64,000 nt of DNA from an uncultured Bacilli bacterium (GTDB taxonomy: Bacteria > Bacillota_I > Bacilli_A > RF39 > UBA660). The stretch is from NCBI GenBank assembly GCA_934098445.1, contig CAKOOW010000001.1, positions 10,872 to 74,871 of the forward strand, given 5' to 3'. Numbering within the stretch: position 1 is the first letter of the stretch; each line of letters starts with the position of its first letter. Below the pieces are notes generated by a model, which had not been told where the DNA came from, did not search any database, and worked only from the letters and a program-made list of their open reading frames with translations. This document shows, in pieces, positions 40,839 through 51,069 of the stretch. The position numbers were made by a program, and so were the translations under genes.

Positions 40839-41387
40839 TTATTGTTTATTTTTTATGGTCTCTAACTTATTATGAATATCAACAGTCAATGGAGCTGCGG
40901 TATTTCTTTTACCATCACCACCTAAATTAAAGAAATCATTCCATTCTTCTAAGTAGTATTCAACATTTTCAGGACTTACTTTATCTTTTAAAATAGCATT
41001 AGCAGTCTTCTCATATCCCATAAGTACTACCGCACATAAAGCTTTAGGGTAAGATTTAGCTGGAATATTGGCTTTTTTATAAAACTCATAAGCCATATCA
41101 TCAGTTACTTTGCGAGGATTTCTGACAATAATTTTATTAGTTCGATAAATTGTTGTGGCACCTTCTATTTTTATATTTTCGGCATCATTTGGTACTTCAA
41201 CATCATAAATAGTATCGCCTCTATGAAGCCACCTTAATATACTAGTTTCCGTTGTATAATTAAAGCCACCAAATTCTCGGCCACTAGTTGCCTTAGGATT
41301 CCAATTACTGGCAATGTTAACTTTATCAATTTTATATTCGTAATTGGCTCCTTTATTTCCAAACATTACTTTTACATATTTTTCCAT
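40839..41387 (-). CDS. Hypothetical protein (182 aa) with no recognisable motif.
   Basis: The ORF starts 2 nt after the upstream NUDIX gene stops. Confidence 0.3.
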   Translation of the reverse strand: MEKYVKVMFGNKGANYEYKIDKVNIASNWNPKATSGREFGGFNYTTETSILRWLHRGDTIYDVEVPNDAENIKIEGATTIYRTNKIIVRNPRKVTDDMAYEFYKKANIPAKSYPKALCAVVLMGYEKTANAILKDKVSPENVEYYLEEWNDFFNLGGDGKRNTAAPLTVDIHNKLETIKNKQ

Positions 41388-41389
41388 AG

Positions 41390-41851
41390 TTAGTCCCTTT
41401 CTATAATATGGATATTTTTATTATTTCCTAAGATTAAATCTTTATTGCTCTTTGGAAGAATTTTACAATTATCTAGTTTCTCTACGTCAATCCAGTAAAA
41501 ATGTTGATTATCGTTATCTAAACAAGTGAATGATTCTTTTGCTATTTCTTCATTATAAATAGCTTTGTAGCAAAAGCTATATTGAGTAATTTTTTGTGAT
41601 TTAACTTCCAAAAAATTTTCTTGAATAGCACAAAAATCATAATTTAAATTCCAGCCTAACTCTTCTTGCATTTCTCTTATAATAGCAGTTTTACTATCTT
41701 CAAAATACTGAATTCTTCCACCGGGTAACATATAGAAATCCCTAGCTTCATCAGCTTTAAATAGTAAAACCTTGGTCTTATCTTTATTATAAATAATTGC
41801 ACAACTCCTGGCATTAAAACGGTATTTATTATCTATAAAGTCAATATTCAT
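41390..41851 (-). CDS. NUDIX hydrolase.
   Basis: Nudix box GGRIQYFEDSKTAIIREMQEELGW. AGGTGAT RBS and a TATAAT -10 lie upstream. Confidence 0.75.
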   Translation of the reverse strand: MNIDFIDNKYRFNARSCAIIYNKDKTKVLLFKADEARDFYMLPGGRIQYFEDSKTAIIREMQEELGWNLNYDFCAIQENFLEVKSQKITQYSFCYKAIYNEEIAKESFTCLDNDNQHFYWIDVEKLDNCKILPKSNKDLILGNNKNIHIIERD

Positions 41852-41941
41852 TCTATCACCTAGCTTGATTATAACATTAGTTATTAGAAGTTTTTATTAT
41901 AATATACAATTCCATTTTAATTTGACATTATTTTGTAAATT

Positions 41942-41998
41942 AAAAAAAGAACTCTTGAGTGTCTAATATATTTTTATAAACACTTTTTAGAGTTCTTT
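41942..41998 (-). terminator. Rho-independent terminator after htrA (long nested hairpin).
   Basis: AAAGAACTCT...AGAGTTCTTT outer stem with an inner AGTGT/ACACT stem, then TTTTTTT on the minus strand. Confidence 0.45.
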
Positions 41999-42007
41999 AT
42001 TAATTAA

Positions 42008-43123
42008 TTATTTTTTTAGAGTTATTTTTAATTCTTTTTCAAAGCCATTACGGTTTACTTTAATTGTTACAGTATCACCAACGTTATGACGATATAATTC
42101 ATATTTTAATTCGGCTGAACTTGTTACTTTAACATTATCAAATTCTAAGATAATATCTTGAGATTTTAAACCAGCAGCATCGGCAGAAGAACCGCTTTCT
42201 ACTTCATAGACAACTACACCGCTTGATACATTATCAGGAATATTCATACGATAGTAATTTTCAGCCACAGTTAGTTCAATCATACTAATACCGAGTCTTG
42301 GTCTAGTAATATCATCACCATTAATAATCTTATTGGCAAAGTCCATAGCATCTTCGATAGGAATAGCAAAACCCATTCCTTCAACACCGCTTGATACTAA
42401 TTTCATATTAGTTACACCAATAACTTGACCATTGCTATTGCATAAAGGTCCACCGGAGTTACCACTGTTAATAGCGGCATCTGTTTGTAAAACACGCATA
42501 ATGTAATCACTTGAAGTACTATTAGTAGTAGAAACAGCAACCATTCTATCTTTGCCTGAAAGTATACCTCTTGTTACAGTCCAAGAATAAGTAGAGCTAT
42601 CTAATGGTGCTCCAACAGCAAAGGTAGTATCCCCAACCCGACCATCAGTACTTGATCCTATTTCGGCAACAGTTAAATCACTAGATGTAGTGAATGATAA
42701 AACAGCAATATCGGCATATTTATCTCCGCCAACCACTTCAACTTCGGTATTAGTATTATCTGTTAAAACTATTTTTACTTTTGATGAGTTTTCAATAACA
42801 TGATAATTAGTCATCACATAATATTTATTGCCATCTTTTTTAAAGATAAAACCTGTACCAGTAGCTTGTAGTTTATTACTACGATAGTTTTCTACTACAA
42901 CAACAGAATTATATACTTTTTCAACGGCATCGGCGATTCCATTTTCATTAACTGTTACTTCTTTTTCTAATTTGTTTACAACGGTGGTACCAGGATTTAA
43001 CTTAATAATTCCATACATTCCAGCCGCCCCAATACATACTAGAACAAGAGCAAGTAATATTTTATTCCAGATATTATTTTTTTCGCCAACAACTCTAGCA
43101 TTAACAACTCTTTTTTCGTTCAT
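42008..43123 (-). CDS. htrA: HtrA/DegP-family serine protease with a PDZ domain.
   Basis: N-terminal TM, the catalytic triad context (H..D..GNSGGPL), and a C-terminal PDZ. Confidence 0.9.
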   Translation of the reverse strand: MNEKRVVNARVVGEKNNIWNKILLALVLVCIGAAGMYGIIKLNPGTTVVNKLEKEVTVNENGIADAVEKVYNSVVVVENYRSNKLQATGTGFIFKKDGNKYYVMTNYHVIENSSKVKIVLTDNTNTEVEVVGGDKYADIAVLSFTTSSDLTVAEIGSSTDGRVGDTTFAVGAPLDSSTYSWTVTRGILSGKDRMVAVSTTNSTSSDYIMRVLQTDAAINSGNSGGPLCNSNGQVIGVTNMKLVSSGVEGMGFAIPIEDAMDFANKIINGDDITRPRLGISMIELTVAENYYRMNIPDNVSSGVVVYEVESGSSADAAGLKSQDIILEFDNVKVTSSAELKYELYRHNVGDTVTIKVNRNGFEKELKITLKK

Positions 43124-44073
43124 TATATATCCATCCTTACTATTTCTTTATAATTTTTGGGAAAACCAATAGCATCCATCACTTTATCTATTTTAATATG
43201 TTGTAATTTTCCCTCTAAAATATCTAGCTCATATGATATTTCATTTACTAATAATCTAAAATCTTCATTTCTTAGTATTTGTCTTAAGATTATAATTAAT
43301 GCAAATAAATCATCTTTTCCATAGATATATTCACCATTCATCTTAGGAATATTTAAATAATAATGATATTTATTATCTTCAATAACTCTTTGAGATCGAT
43401 GATTAAATAAAATATCTTCATGAGCACAGAGATTACGATAATTAGACATTATAGGAAAGTATTGACATAAATCTTCGGGAGATAAATTATAAATTGAAGC
43501 CATATCTCTTTGGTCTTCTGGTTTTAATATACTAAATAATTCTGAAATAATACCAAAAGATAAGACTTTTACTACTATCCATAAGGGAACATAACCATAG
43601 TTAGACATATAATGCTGGGTAGCAGCGTGTTGTCCTCCATTGACTCTAATCTGTCGTTGCATTTTCTTTAATAAATCATTAACTTGTTTTCTCTTAGTTG
43701 GATCAGTATTAAAGTTTTTTGGATTAAGATAGTGTTTTTCTTTAATACCATATTTCTTGGATAATTGATAAGACATAATACTTTTAGCATTATTTTCTAC
43801 TATTAAGATATTTTTAAAAATAATATTACGAATTTGTCTATCAAAGTTAAACATAGCATAAAGTTCCCGAAAGTTAGTACCATTAATAAAGGTTCTGTCT
43901 CTTTCACTTCGTATAAACAAATGACGATATCCCATTAGAAAGAAATAATTTTCACGGAGGAGGACATCTTTAGCATAATCTATATCATCGATGACTAAGC
44001 CTTTTTCTTGTAAGATATCTATTTGTTCATCTATAGTTTTAAATGTCTTTTGTCTGGACGCCATACAATTCAC
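43123..44073 (-). CDS. Abi_2-family abortive infection protein (AbiD/AbiF-like).
   Basis: N-terminus KTFKTIDEQIDILQEKGLVIDDIDYAKDVLLRENYFFLMGY matches the Abi_2 signature. Its TAA stop overlaps the htrA ATG (TAATG). Confidence 0.65.
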   Translation of the reverse strand: MNCMASRQKTFKTIDEQIDILQEKGLVIDDIDYAKDVLLRENYFFLMGYRHLFIRSERDRTFINGTNFRELYAMFNFDRQIRNIIFKNILIVENNAKSIMSYQLSKKYGIKEKHYLNPKNFNTDPTKRKQVNDLLKKMQRQIRVNGGQHAATQHYMSNYGYVPLWIVVKVLSFGIISELFSILKPEDQRDMASIYNLSPEDLCQYFPIMSNYRNLCAHEDILFNHRSQRVIEDNKYHYYLNIPKMNGEYIYGKDDLFALIIILRQILRNEDFRLLVNEISYELDILEGKLQHIKIDKVMDAIGFPKNYKEIVRMDI

Positions 44074-44151
44074 CTATTATTAAATTATATCACACCTGAC
44101 AGTCAAATGATATCTAAATTAAGTGGTATTTTTGTAATTGATTTGTGAAGT

Positions 44152-44781
44152 TTAGGTGAAATAGTTAACTAATCCTTGAGTTAAACTTTTAGCTATTTCT
44201 TTTTGATAAGCAGGGGTAATTAATTTTTCTCTTTCTTTTTTATTGGAGATAAAGCCACATTCAACAAGAACACCGGGTATTTTTAGACGGCGATACATAT
44301 AAATATTGGGCATTGGTTTGATACTTCTTGGATAACTTATGGTATTAAATTCAGACTGTAAAAACTCGGCTAATTTTTTATTATCTTCACCATAATAGAA
44401 GATTTGACCGCCATAATAACTAGTATTTTCTAAGTAATTAATATGAATAGAAAGATAGACATTAGCTTTTGATTTATTTATTAAGTCTATACGGTTATCA
44501 AAGTCACTTTTTTTACGTCTATGGGCATTCGGACTGGCTAGGTCATAGTCACCTTCACGAGTTAGGATTACACTAGCACCGTTACGTGATAGTTCTTTTT
44601 CTAGTTCTAAGCCGATGGCAAGATTTAAATCTTTCTCTAGAATATTTTGATAACTTGTTCCCGGGTCATCACCACCGTGACCAATATCTAAAATAACTGT
44701 TTTCCCGGTTAAAGGGAGGGAGGCTCTAACACAAGTTAAAGATAATAAAAAACATAAACTTAATATAAATAACTTTTTCAT
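44152..44781 (-). CDS. N-acetylmuramoyl-L-alanine amidase (Amidase_3; CwlD-like), secreted.
   Basis: Signal peptide, then ILDIGHGGDDPGTSYQN and the amidase_3 core. Confidence 0.75.
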   Translation of the reverse strand: MKKLFILSLCFLLSLTCVRASLPLTGKTVILDIGHGGDDPGTSYQNILEKDLNLAIGLELEKELSRNGASVILTREGDYDLASPNAHRRKKSDFDNRIDLINKSKANVYLSIHINYLENTSYYGGQIFYYGEDNKKLAEFLQSEFNTISYPRSIKPMPNIYMYRRLKIPGVLVECGFISNKKEREKLITPAYQKEIAKSLTQGLVNYFT

Positions 44782-44888
44782 ATTAAAATTTATGTTTCTT
44801 AAGACTTCATTAGAATTATATATTCTTCTAGAGGTGGGACTTTATTGAAATTTTTGACTTTCCAATATTATAGTAGTCGTATAAATTT

Positions 44889-45554
44889 CTATTTACACAT
44901 ACCTTCTTTTAAAGTTAGACCATAATCGCCAATATATATATCTTTTACTCCTTTAATGGTATTGCAAGCTATAATAGTGATGTCTTTATCTTTATTCTTA
45001 TAGATTGTAGTACCTCCATTCTTAAGTTCTTCTTTTTCGAAATTATTTGTTATAGTTTTTATACTATTATCAACAGATTGATTGACGTTGCTTAAATAAT
45101 ACTTAAGGGTCATTTTATTTTTATTATCAATGACATACATATTCTCAAGATTTTCTTCTAAATAGATAGTTTTATCTTCAATATCTAAGTATTTATTAAA
45201 TTCAATATTACCACAAGTTACATCAGCAGATTTTTCTATATCTACATCTAACTCATAAGTGTAGTTCTTCTTACCTTGTTCAAATTTAACATATTTAGAA
45301 TCAACATTAGCTTTAGATAAAAATTCTTCTTGTTTTTCTTTACTATTATCTATTAGTTCTACTACTATGACATTATTTTCCTCATCTAGGTAGTAAAGAC
45401 TTAGATTGGATCTATCTACTTTCTCATTACCAAAATAGTTTCCAACTACTTTATAGGTATCATCTAAAGTCGTAGGTTTAGTAGTATTTCCACACCCTGA
45501 AGTAATAAGCGTTAAAGATAAACATAACATTGTTATTAATAATTTATTTTTCAT
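44889..45554 (-). CDS. Hypothetical lipoprotein.
   Basis: Lipobox LITSGC after the signal peptide. Confidence 0.4.
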   Translation of the reverse strand: MKNKLLITMLCLSLTLITSGCGNTTKPTTLDDTYKVVGNYFGNEKVDRSNLSLYYLDEENNVIVVELIDNSKEKQEEFLSKANVDSKYVKFEQGKKNYTYELDVDIEKSADVTCGNIEFNKYLDIEDKTIYLEENLENMYVIDNKNKMTLKYYLSNVNQSVDNSIKTITNNFEKEELKNGGTTIYKNKDKDITIIACNTIKGVKDIYIGDYGLTLKEGMCK

Positions 45555-45598
45555 ATATTTCCTCCATATTATTAATTATTTATTAATATTTTTATATT

Positions 45599-46792
45599 TT
45601 ACTGATTAATATTAATTATGAAATAATCGTGATTAGTATAATTCCAGCCTATAAGTTTATCCCCATAGACACCATATATAGTATTTATAACGTAATAAGA
45701 AGCCAATCGGTTTAATTTTTGAGTATTAAGATTTAATAGATAAAATTGAGACATAGAACTTATTACATAAAGATTATCATTAAGTCTAGTTATATTTTTG
45801 TATTCAGAAATAGGAACTTCGACTTTAGTAGTATCGTTGTAGTATCTGGCACCACCGTCATATGTTTTTTTAGGTAACAAGTAAGTATAAAAGTTATAAT
45901 CTTTACCTTCATAAAAATCATTTATAACATAATCATCATCTTTAACTTCATAAGAATATATTTCTTTTAAAGTTTTATTAGCTATATCATACTTATTTTC
46001 TCTGGCATAATTATTGCTATATGTTTCAAAATACAAATTATTATTATATATTTTTAAGGCATCTATGCTAACAAATGTGGTTCCTGTTTGATTACCATAA
46101 TCATAAAAACCAGAAGTAATCTCAGTAATATTATCATCTTTTTCTATCATTTTAACAGAGAATTTAGAGTAATTGCTGGTACTGTCTTTATAGTTATCTA
46201 CATATACATAAAATAAATTATTATCGGAGGCTTGAAACTTTGGAGAAAACATCACATCATTAACTTGACCTTGGTCTAAAATTTTTCTGGTTTTAAGATT
46301 TTTGTCAGCTTCAATTACTTTGAAATTAGTTCTATCTTTCTTATAATCAAAGTTGATGGCAGTATAGTAAATTTTATTATTAAAAAGAGATACACTCCAA
46401 ATACGATCGTTACCATTATATTTTATTTCTTCTACTGTATCTTTATCTAGATCATAAATAAGTAAATACTTAGTTATAAAGGTTATGTCGTTGGTAATAC
46501 AATCATTTAATTCGAGAATGAATTTATTTTTCTCAACTTTTAAGGCGGTAATATCGTCAGCCTCTTTATGTTTACTAACATAATTACTTAATTTATCAAT
46601 CTTAGAAACCGAAAAGTAAACTTTATCTGGAGATAAAGGTAGTGTTTTTTCAGAAGTTTTCTCTATTTCATTGTTATTATCACTTGGGGTTTCTAGATTT
46701 TTAGGTACTTTCTTCCAAAGTAGGATTACTCCTGATACAAGGATTATTGTAATTAGTATTGTACCAATTATAATTTTAGTTCTTTTTTTCAT
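45599..46792 (-). CDS. Membrane-anchored hypothetical protein, possibly with a beta-propeller-like ectodomain.
   Basis: N-terminal TM, and a Y/N-rich ectodomain with repetitive strands. Confidence 0.3.
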   Translation of the reverse strand: MKKRTKIIIGTILITIILVSGVILLWKKVPKNLETPSDNNNEIEKTSEKTLPLSPDKVYFSVSKIDKLSNYVSKHKEADDITALKVEKNKFILELNDCITNDITFITKYLLIYDLDKDTVEEIKYNGNDRIWSVSLFNNKIYYTAINFDYKKDRTNFKVIEADKNLKTRKILDQGQVNDVMFSPKFQASDNNLFYVYVDNYKDSTSNYSKFSVKMIEKDDNITEITSGFYDYGNQTGTTFVSIDALKIYNNNLYFETYSNNYARENKYDIANKTLKEIYSYEVKDDDYVINDFYEGKDYNFYTYLLPKKTYDGGARYYNDTTKVEVPISEYKNITRLNDNLYVISSMSQFYLLNLNTQKLNRLASYYVINTIYGVYGDKLIGWNYTNHDYFIININQ

Positions 46793-46862
46793 TAATAAAT
46801 TCCTTTCTTATAATACAAGAATACTATATTTTAGAAAAAAAGACTAGTGAATAAATGGCACA

Positions 46863-47897
46863 CTAATCTTTCACATATTTTTTTATGTAATTATTATAGA
46901 ATTTTTGATAAATTTCATTAGCATTACTACAATTAGACTTATTACATTTTATTTTATCAGAAATAATTTCAAAACTCATTTTATTATCTGAATAGTTAAA
47001 AGCTTTTGTGTTTATAAAATAATCTATATATAAATTATCATTGTCAGTAATTGCTATTTTTTGTAAAACAGTATCATAAATTACTTGAAATTTTCCTTCT
47101 TGAAAAGTACATATACTTTCTTGACAATCATCTGTCTTGGTTTGATCTGCTGGTTGTTCTTCAGACGTTGGTTCTGAAATTTCCTTATCATTTTTAAAGA
47201 ATAATTTACGATTACTATAATTTTCTTCGAAATTTAAATGAATTGTCTCTTTATTATTGCCTGTATTTATATCCAAGAAAATATTATCTATTATTTTTTT
47301 ATAGTTCAAAATATTAATTGATGAATTATAGCCAGTAAAATCAATTATTATATTTGAATTAGGTCCTTCATAAATTACATTTTTATTATTATTTTTATTG
47401 TAATAGATTGATATAACATCTGATTTAATATCATTACTATTTAAGATAAAATAAGACTTTTCTCTTGTTAACACAAGTAACCCTTGATTTATGGAATAAT
47501 GTTCAGAGTTACCATAAAAATTAAAAACTCTTGTTTTATTAAAAGTTTCAAAAAAGTAATATAGGAGAAAAGCAAATATAATAATGAAAAGTATTATTAT
47601 TGTCTTTTTAAATAATTTTATTGCATTGCTTTGCTTTTCAAAAAAATCGATTAAATTTTTATTTAATTTCAGTTTATTATATTTATTATTTCTTTCGCCA
47701 GCAATTAGTTCTTTTAACTCTACTTGAAAAATCTCACATAGCAACTGATAGTATTTAATATCTGGGCATAATTTTCCATTTTCCCATTTACTAACAAGAG
47801 TTCTATCAACATATAATTTTTGTGCTAGTTGTTCCTGAGTTAAATTCGATTTCTTGCGACAGCTTTCAATAAATTTTCCAACCTTAACTTGATCCAT
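46863..47897 (-). CDS. Membrane-anchored XRE-family HTH regulator (N-terminal HTH_3, one TM helix, a C-terminal extracytoplasmic domain).
   Basis: LTQEQLAQKLYVDRTLVSKWENGK HTH, then TM IIILFIIIFAFLLYYFF. The start is placed at MDQVK behind GAAGGAGCGG. Confidence 0.55.
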   Translation of the reverse strand: MDQVKVGKFIESCRKKSNLTQEQLAQKLYVDRTLVSKWENGKLCPDIKYYQLLCEIFQVELKELIAGERNNKYNKLKLNKNLIDFFEKQSNAIKLFKKTIIILFIIIFAFLLYYFFETFNKTRVFNFYGNSEHYSINQGLLVLTREKSYFILNSNDIKSDVISIYYNKNNNKNVIYEGPNSNIIIDFTGYNSSINILNYKKIIDNIFLDINTGNNKETIHLNFEENYSNRKLFFKNDKEISEPTSEEQPADQTKTDDCQESICTFQEGKFQVIYDTVLQKIAITDNDNLYIDYFINTKAFNYSDNKMSFEIISDKIKCNKSNCSNANEIYQKFYNNYIKKYVKD

Positions 47898-48055
47898 ATT
47901 TACCGCTCCTTCTTTTATAAAATAATTCACAAAATTCACACTTACATTCACATTTAATATTATACTACTAAAGTTATTTTTAAAAAGAATTATTCAAAAG
48001 ATACTTTAAGTGTTGCCTACTTGATGCCTACATATCATTTTAAATAGTCTTAAGA

Positions 48056-48091
48056 AAGCAAAAAACCCCATAAACACTTAAGTTTATGAGG
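48056..48091 (-). terminator. Rho-independent terminator after rpsI.
   Basis: CCTCATAAAC-ttaagt-GTTTATGGGG, followed by TTTTTT on the minus strand. Confidence 0.7.
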
Positions 48092-48109
48092 AATGAAACT
48101 TTTAATATA

Positions 48110-48529
48110 TTATCTCTTAGAGAATTGTGGAGCACGACGAGCTTTTTTAAGTCCGTATTTTTTACGTTCTTTAACTCTTGGGTCTCTAGTAACAAAACCT
48201 GCTTTTTTAAGAATCTTACGATAAGAATCTTCTCTTGTTTGATCAGCATTGGCATCAAATTCAATTAATGCTCTTGTGATAGCATGACGAATAGCGCCAG
48301 CTTGTCCTGAGAAGCCACCACCCTTAACAGTTACTTCGATATCGAATTTTTCTTCGTTACCAGTAGCAACAAGTGGTTGTTTAATATCCATAACTAAAGT
48401 TGCATAAGGCATATATTCATCAACAAGTACACCATTAACAACGATTTTACCTTTTCCTAATGTTAATCTTGCTTGAGCACTTGATCTTTTTCTACGACCA
48501 GTACCAGTCCATACTTTTTTATCTGTCAT
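48110..48529 (-). CDS. rpsI: 30S ribosomal protein S9.
   Basis: Ends in ...[12 protein letters not shown]; conserved S9 core. Confidence 0.95.
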   Translation of the reverse strand: MTDKKVWTGTGRRKRSSAQARLTLGKGKIVVNGVLVDEYMPYATLVMDIKQPLVATGNEEKFDIEVTVKGGGFSGQAGAIRHAITRALIEFDANADQTREDSYRKILKKAGFVTRDPRVKERKKYGLKKARRAPQFSKR

Positions 48530-48540
48530 ATATTATCCTC

Positions 48541-48972
48541 CTACTTAACTTCTAACTTTTCTGGTTTTTGAGCAGTTTGTTCATATCCAGAACCAGCGTA
48601 AACAAATAATTTTCTATACATTTGTCTTCCTAAAGGTCCTTTTGGTAACATACCTTTAATAGCTCTTTCAACCATTTCTTCTGGATATTTAGTAATCATT
48701 TCTTTAGCAGTTCTTTCTCTTAAGCCACCAGCATATCTACTATGATTGTAATACATCTTATCGTTTAATTTATTACCAGTTAAAACAACTTTACTAGCAT
48801 TAATAACGATAACATAATCACCACAATCAACATGAGGTGTGTATGTTGGTTTATGTTTTCCCTTAAGTACAGTAGCAACCTTAGTTGCAAGACGTCCTAG
48901 TGTTTGTCCTTCTGCATCGATAACATACCATTTACGGTCTACAGTTTCTTTTTTTTGCATGAATGTATTCAT
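48541..48972 (-). CDS. rplM: 50S ribosomal protein L13.
   Basis: [30 protein letters not shown]. The start is placed at the internal ATG behind AAAGGGAAAA. Confidence 0.95.
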   Translation of the reverse strand: MNTFMQKKETVDRKWYVIDAEGQTLGRLATKVATVLKGKHKPTYTPHVDCGDYVIVINASKVVLTGNKLNDKMYYNHSRYAGGLRERTAKEMITKYPEEMVERAIKGMLPKGPLGRQMYRKLFVYAGSGYEQTAQKPEKLEVK

Positions 48973-49122
48973 AATTTTTTCCCTTTCAATTATACTACTA
49001 ATCATTTCGACTTCCCACATCTAATAATTTTTGTATAAATAAAATGTACCATTTAAAAGTATATAGTAAGTCCCTCCTAAAGTCAAACAAAACTTACTAT
49101 TTTTAATGAAAAAAAAGACCCA

Positions 49123-49662
49123 TTATAGGTCATTGATATCTAATAACTGTTGAAAATCACCTTTTTCAAACAAATTATCATCTAATCTAGTAATGATATT
49201 ACCTTTCTTAATCTCCCCATTTGTTACATATATAATCGTTGGAACTTTAGTTACTTGAACATCGGTAAGTCCTAAGAGTTCATTAACAGCACTTATCTTA
49301 GTACCATCATCTTTTAAAGAGTCAATATTAACATAATAAAACTTATCTTTTAGTTTATATTGTTTAATTAAAGACTTTAAATCTTTCTCAAGATCATATA
49401 TTTCTTTACTACCAGTAGAAGCTATATAGATAAAATAAGTTCCTTTATTATTCTTTAGATCACTTAAATCTTCAGAGATATTATAAGACTTAGTGACTAG
49501 TTTATGTTTAACTAAGTAAGAAGAGTGAAGCTTGTTACTATTTATTCCTTGGATGAAACTATAAATTAAAAAAGAGATAATAAATAGTCCTATAATACCT
49601 ACGATAAGAATAGTATATTTTTGATACTTAGTAGGTAACTTCTTTTTAGTCATAATAATCAA
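49123..49662 (-). CDS. Membrane-anchored hypothetical protein (thioredoxin-like fold possible; no CxxC motif).
   Basis: N-terminal TM helix followed by a soluble domain. Confidence 0.3.
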   Translation of the reverse strand: MIIMTKKKLPTKYQKYTILIVGIIGLFIISFLIYSFIQGINSNKLHSSYLVKHKLVTKSYNISEDLSDLKNNKGTYFIYIASTGSKEIYDLEKDLKSLIKQYKLKDKFYYVNIDSLKDDGTKISAVNELLGLTDVQVTKVPTIIYVTNGEIKKGNIITRLDDNLFEKGDFQQLLDINDL

Positions 49663-49780
49663 CTACTTTCTTATTTAGAGTATAACATAATTTTTGGGGG
49701 ATGAAAATAGAATTTTTAAGTTAGAAATTTTAAATAAGAAGTGTTGGCTATACTTAAATTAACTTTATCAGCCATAAATC

Positions 49781-50404
49781 TTACTTAGAATAAATTTTGG
49801 TTTTATGGCTTATAGTTATATTATCTTGATTAAATGCTTTATCTTTAAAGATTACTTCTCTTGGAAACTTATTTCTAATTGCTGTTCTTTGATCTAAGTT
49901 AACATTATTTATTATTTTTTCAGCTTTATCAGTAAACAATATACCATCCAAATGGTCTATTTCATGACACAAAACAATTGCCTCAAAATCTATTGCTATT
50001 TTATGGTGATGATTACCATCTATATCCTGATAATCTAACTCAATGTAATACGGCCTTGCCACTTTACCAATTGTATTTTTGATACTCATACAAGACTCAT
50101 AATAGTATTGCAATCCTTTCATAGTAGTTATTTTAGGATTGAAATAAGTAATTGTTTTATACTTTTTAAGTAAATTATGCTTAGACTCATTTTCTTTATT
50201 TTCTTCAGATGTATTTATTACTAAAATAAATCTTTTATTTATCCCAAATTGAGGAGCAGCAGCCGCAAAAGCTTGATGTTCAAAACAAATTTCTTGCATT
50301 TGATTAATTAAATCAATATAAAACTCTTTATTTTCAAAATCTTTAACATCTTGGCAAAGCTCTTTTAATCTTTGATCATCATTTTGTATTAACGCTAACT
50401 CCAT
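49781..50404 (-). CDS. def: Peptide deformylase.
   Basis: Motifs GIGLAAPQ-like (AAAAPQFGI) and HEIDHLDG metal site. Confidence 0.85.
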   Translation of the reverse strand: MELALIQNDDQRLKELCQDVKDFENKEFYIDLINQMQEICFEHQAFAAAAPQFGINKRFILVINTSEENKENESKHNLLKKYKTITYFNPKITTMKGLQYYYESCMSIKNTIGKVARPYYIELDYQDIDGNHHHKIAIDFEAIVLCHEIDHLDGILFTDKAEKIINNVNLDQRTAIRNKFPREVIFKDKAFNQDNITISHKTKIYSK

Positions 50405-50524
50405 AATATCACCATTTTCTATCAAAATGATATCATATTTTAAAATAGGTGTGTTAAGTAAATTTAAAAAAAGCTTATAATATTAATTTAGTATAATTAT
50501 CAAAATAATGGTTATACTGCTAGT

Positions 50525-51019
50525 ATGAAATGGATTAATTATTATATATATTATAGTATTTTAGGATTTTTATTTGAGACTTGTTGTAATGTTTTTATAA
50601 GAAGTAATTATTCAAGTGGAATTCTTTTTGGACCTTTTACGCCTATATATTTCTTTGGCTTTTTGATTATTATGTTCTTAGATAAGTTACTTAAGAAACA
50701 GGAGAATAAGAAGTTTAAAGATATAGTTTTCTTCTTTTTAAGTTTTATTATGCTAACACTTGTTGAGTATATTGGGGGACATCTATCACACTTTATTATT
50801 GGGCATGATAAATGGTCTTATGAATCTTGGCCTTTAAGTATCGGAAAATACATTAATCCTTTAGTATCTTTAGGATGGGCAATTGGGTCCTTAGTATATG
50901 ATAAGTTCTTATTAAAAAGAATAAATAAGAGTATAGATAGAATGCCTCATAGATTAACTTTCATCTTAGGTCTTTTATACATCATAGATGGTTATTTATC
51001 TATTAAAAATGGGTTTTAG
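50525..51019 (+). CDS. PF06541/DUF1113-like membrane protein (paralog of the 22412-23173 gene).
   Basis: Shares GFLFETC and GPFTPIYFFGF motifs with the paralog. Confidence 0.4.
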   Translation: MKWINYYIYYSILGFLFETCCNVFIRSNYSSGILFGPFTPIYFFGFLIIMFLDKLLKKQENKKFKDIVFFFLSFIMLTLVEYIGGHLSHFIIGHDKWSYESWPLSIGKYINPLVSLGWAIGSLVYDKFLLKRINKSIDRMPHRLTFILGLLYIIDGYLSIKNGF

Positions 51020-51069
51020 CATAGACAATTAGAACTTTTAGACATAGTTTATTTTAGGGAGGAAGAAAT

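Noticed and set aside
48040-48268. Overlapping 74-aa (-) and 60-aa (+) ORFs downstream of rpsI.
   Set aside because: The region is occupied by the rpsI terminator hairpin and the 3' end of rpsI. Neither ORF has an RBS or homology.
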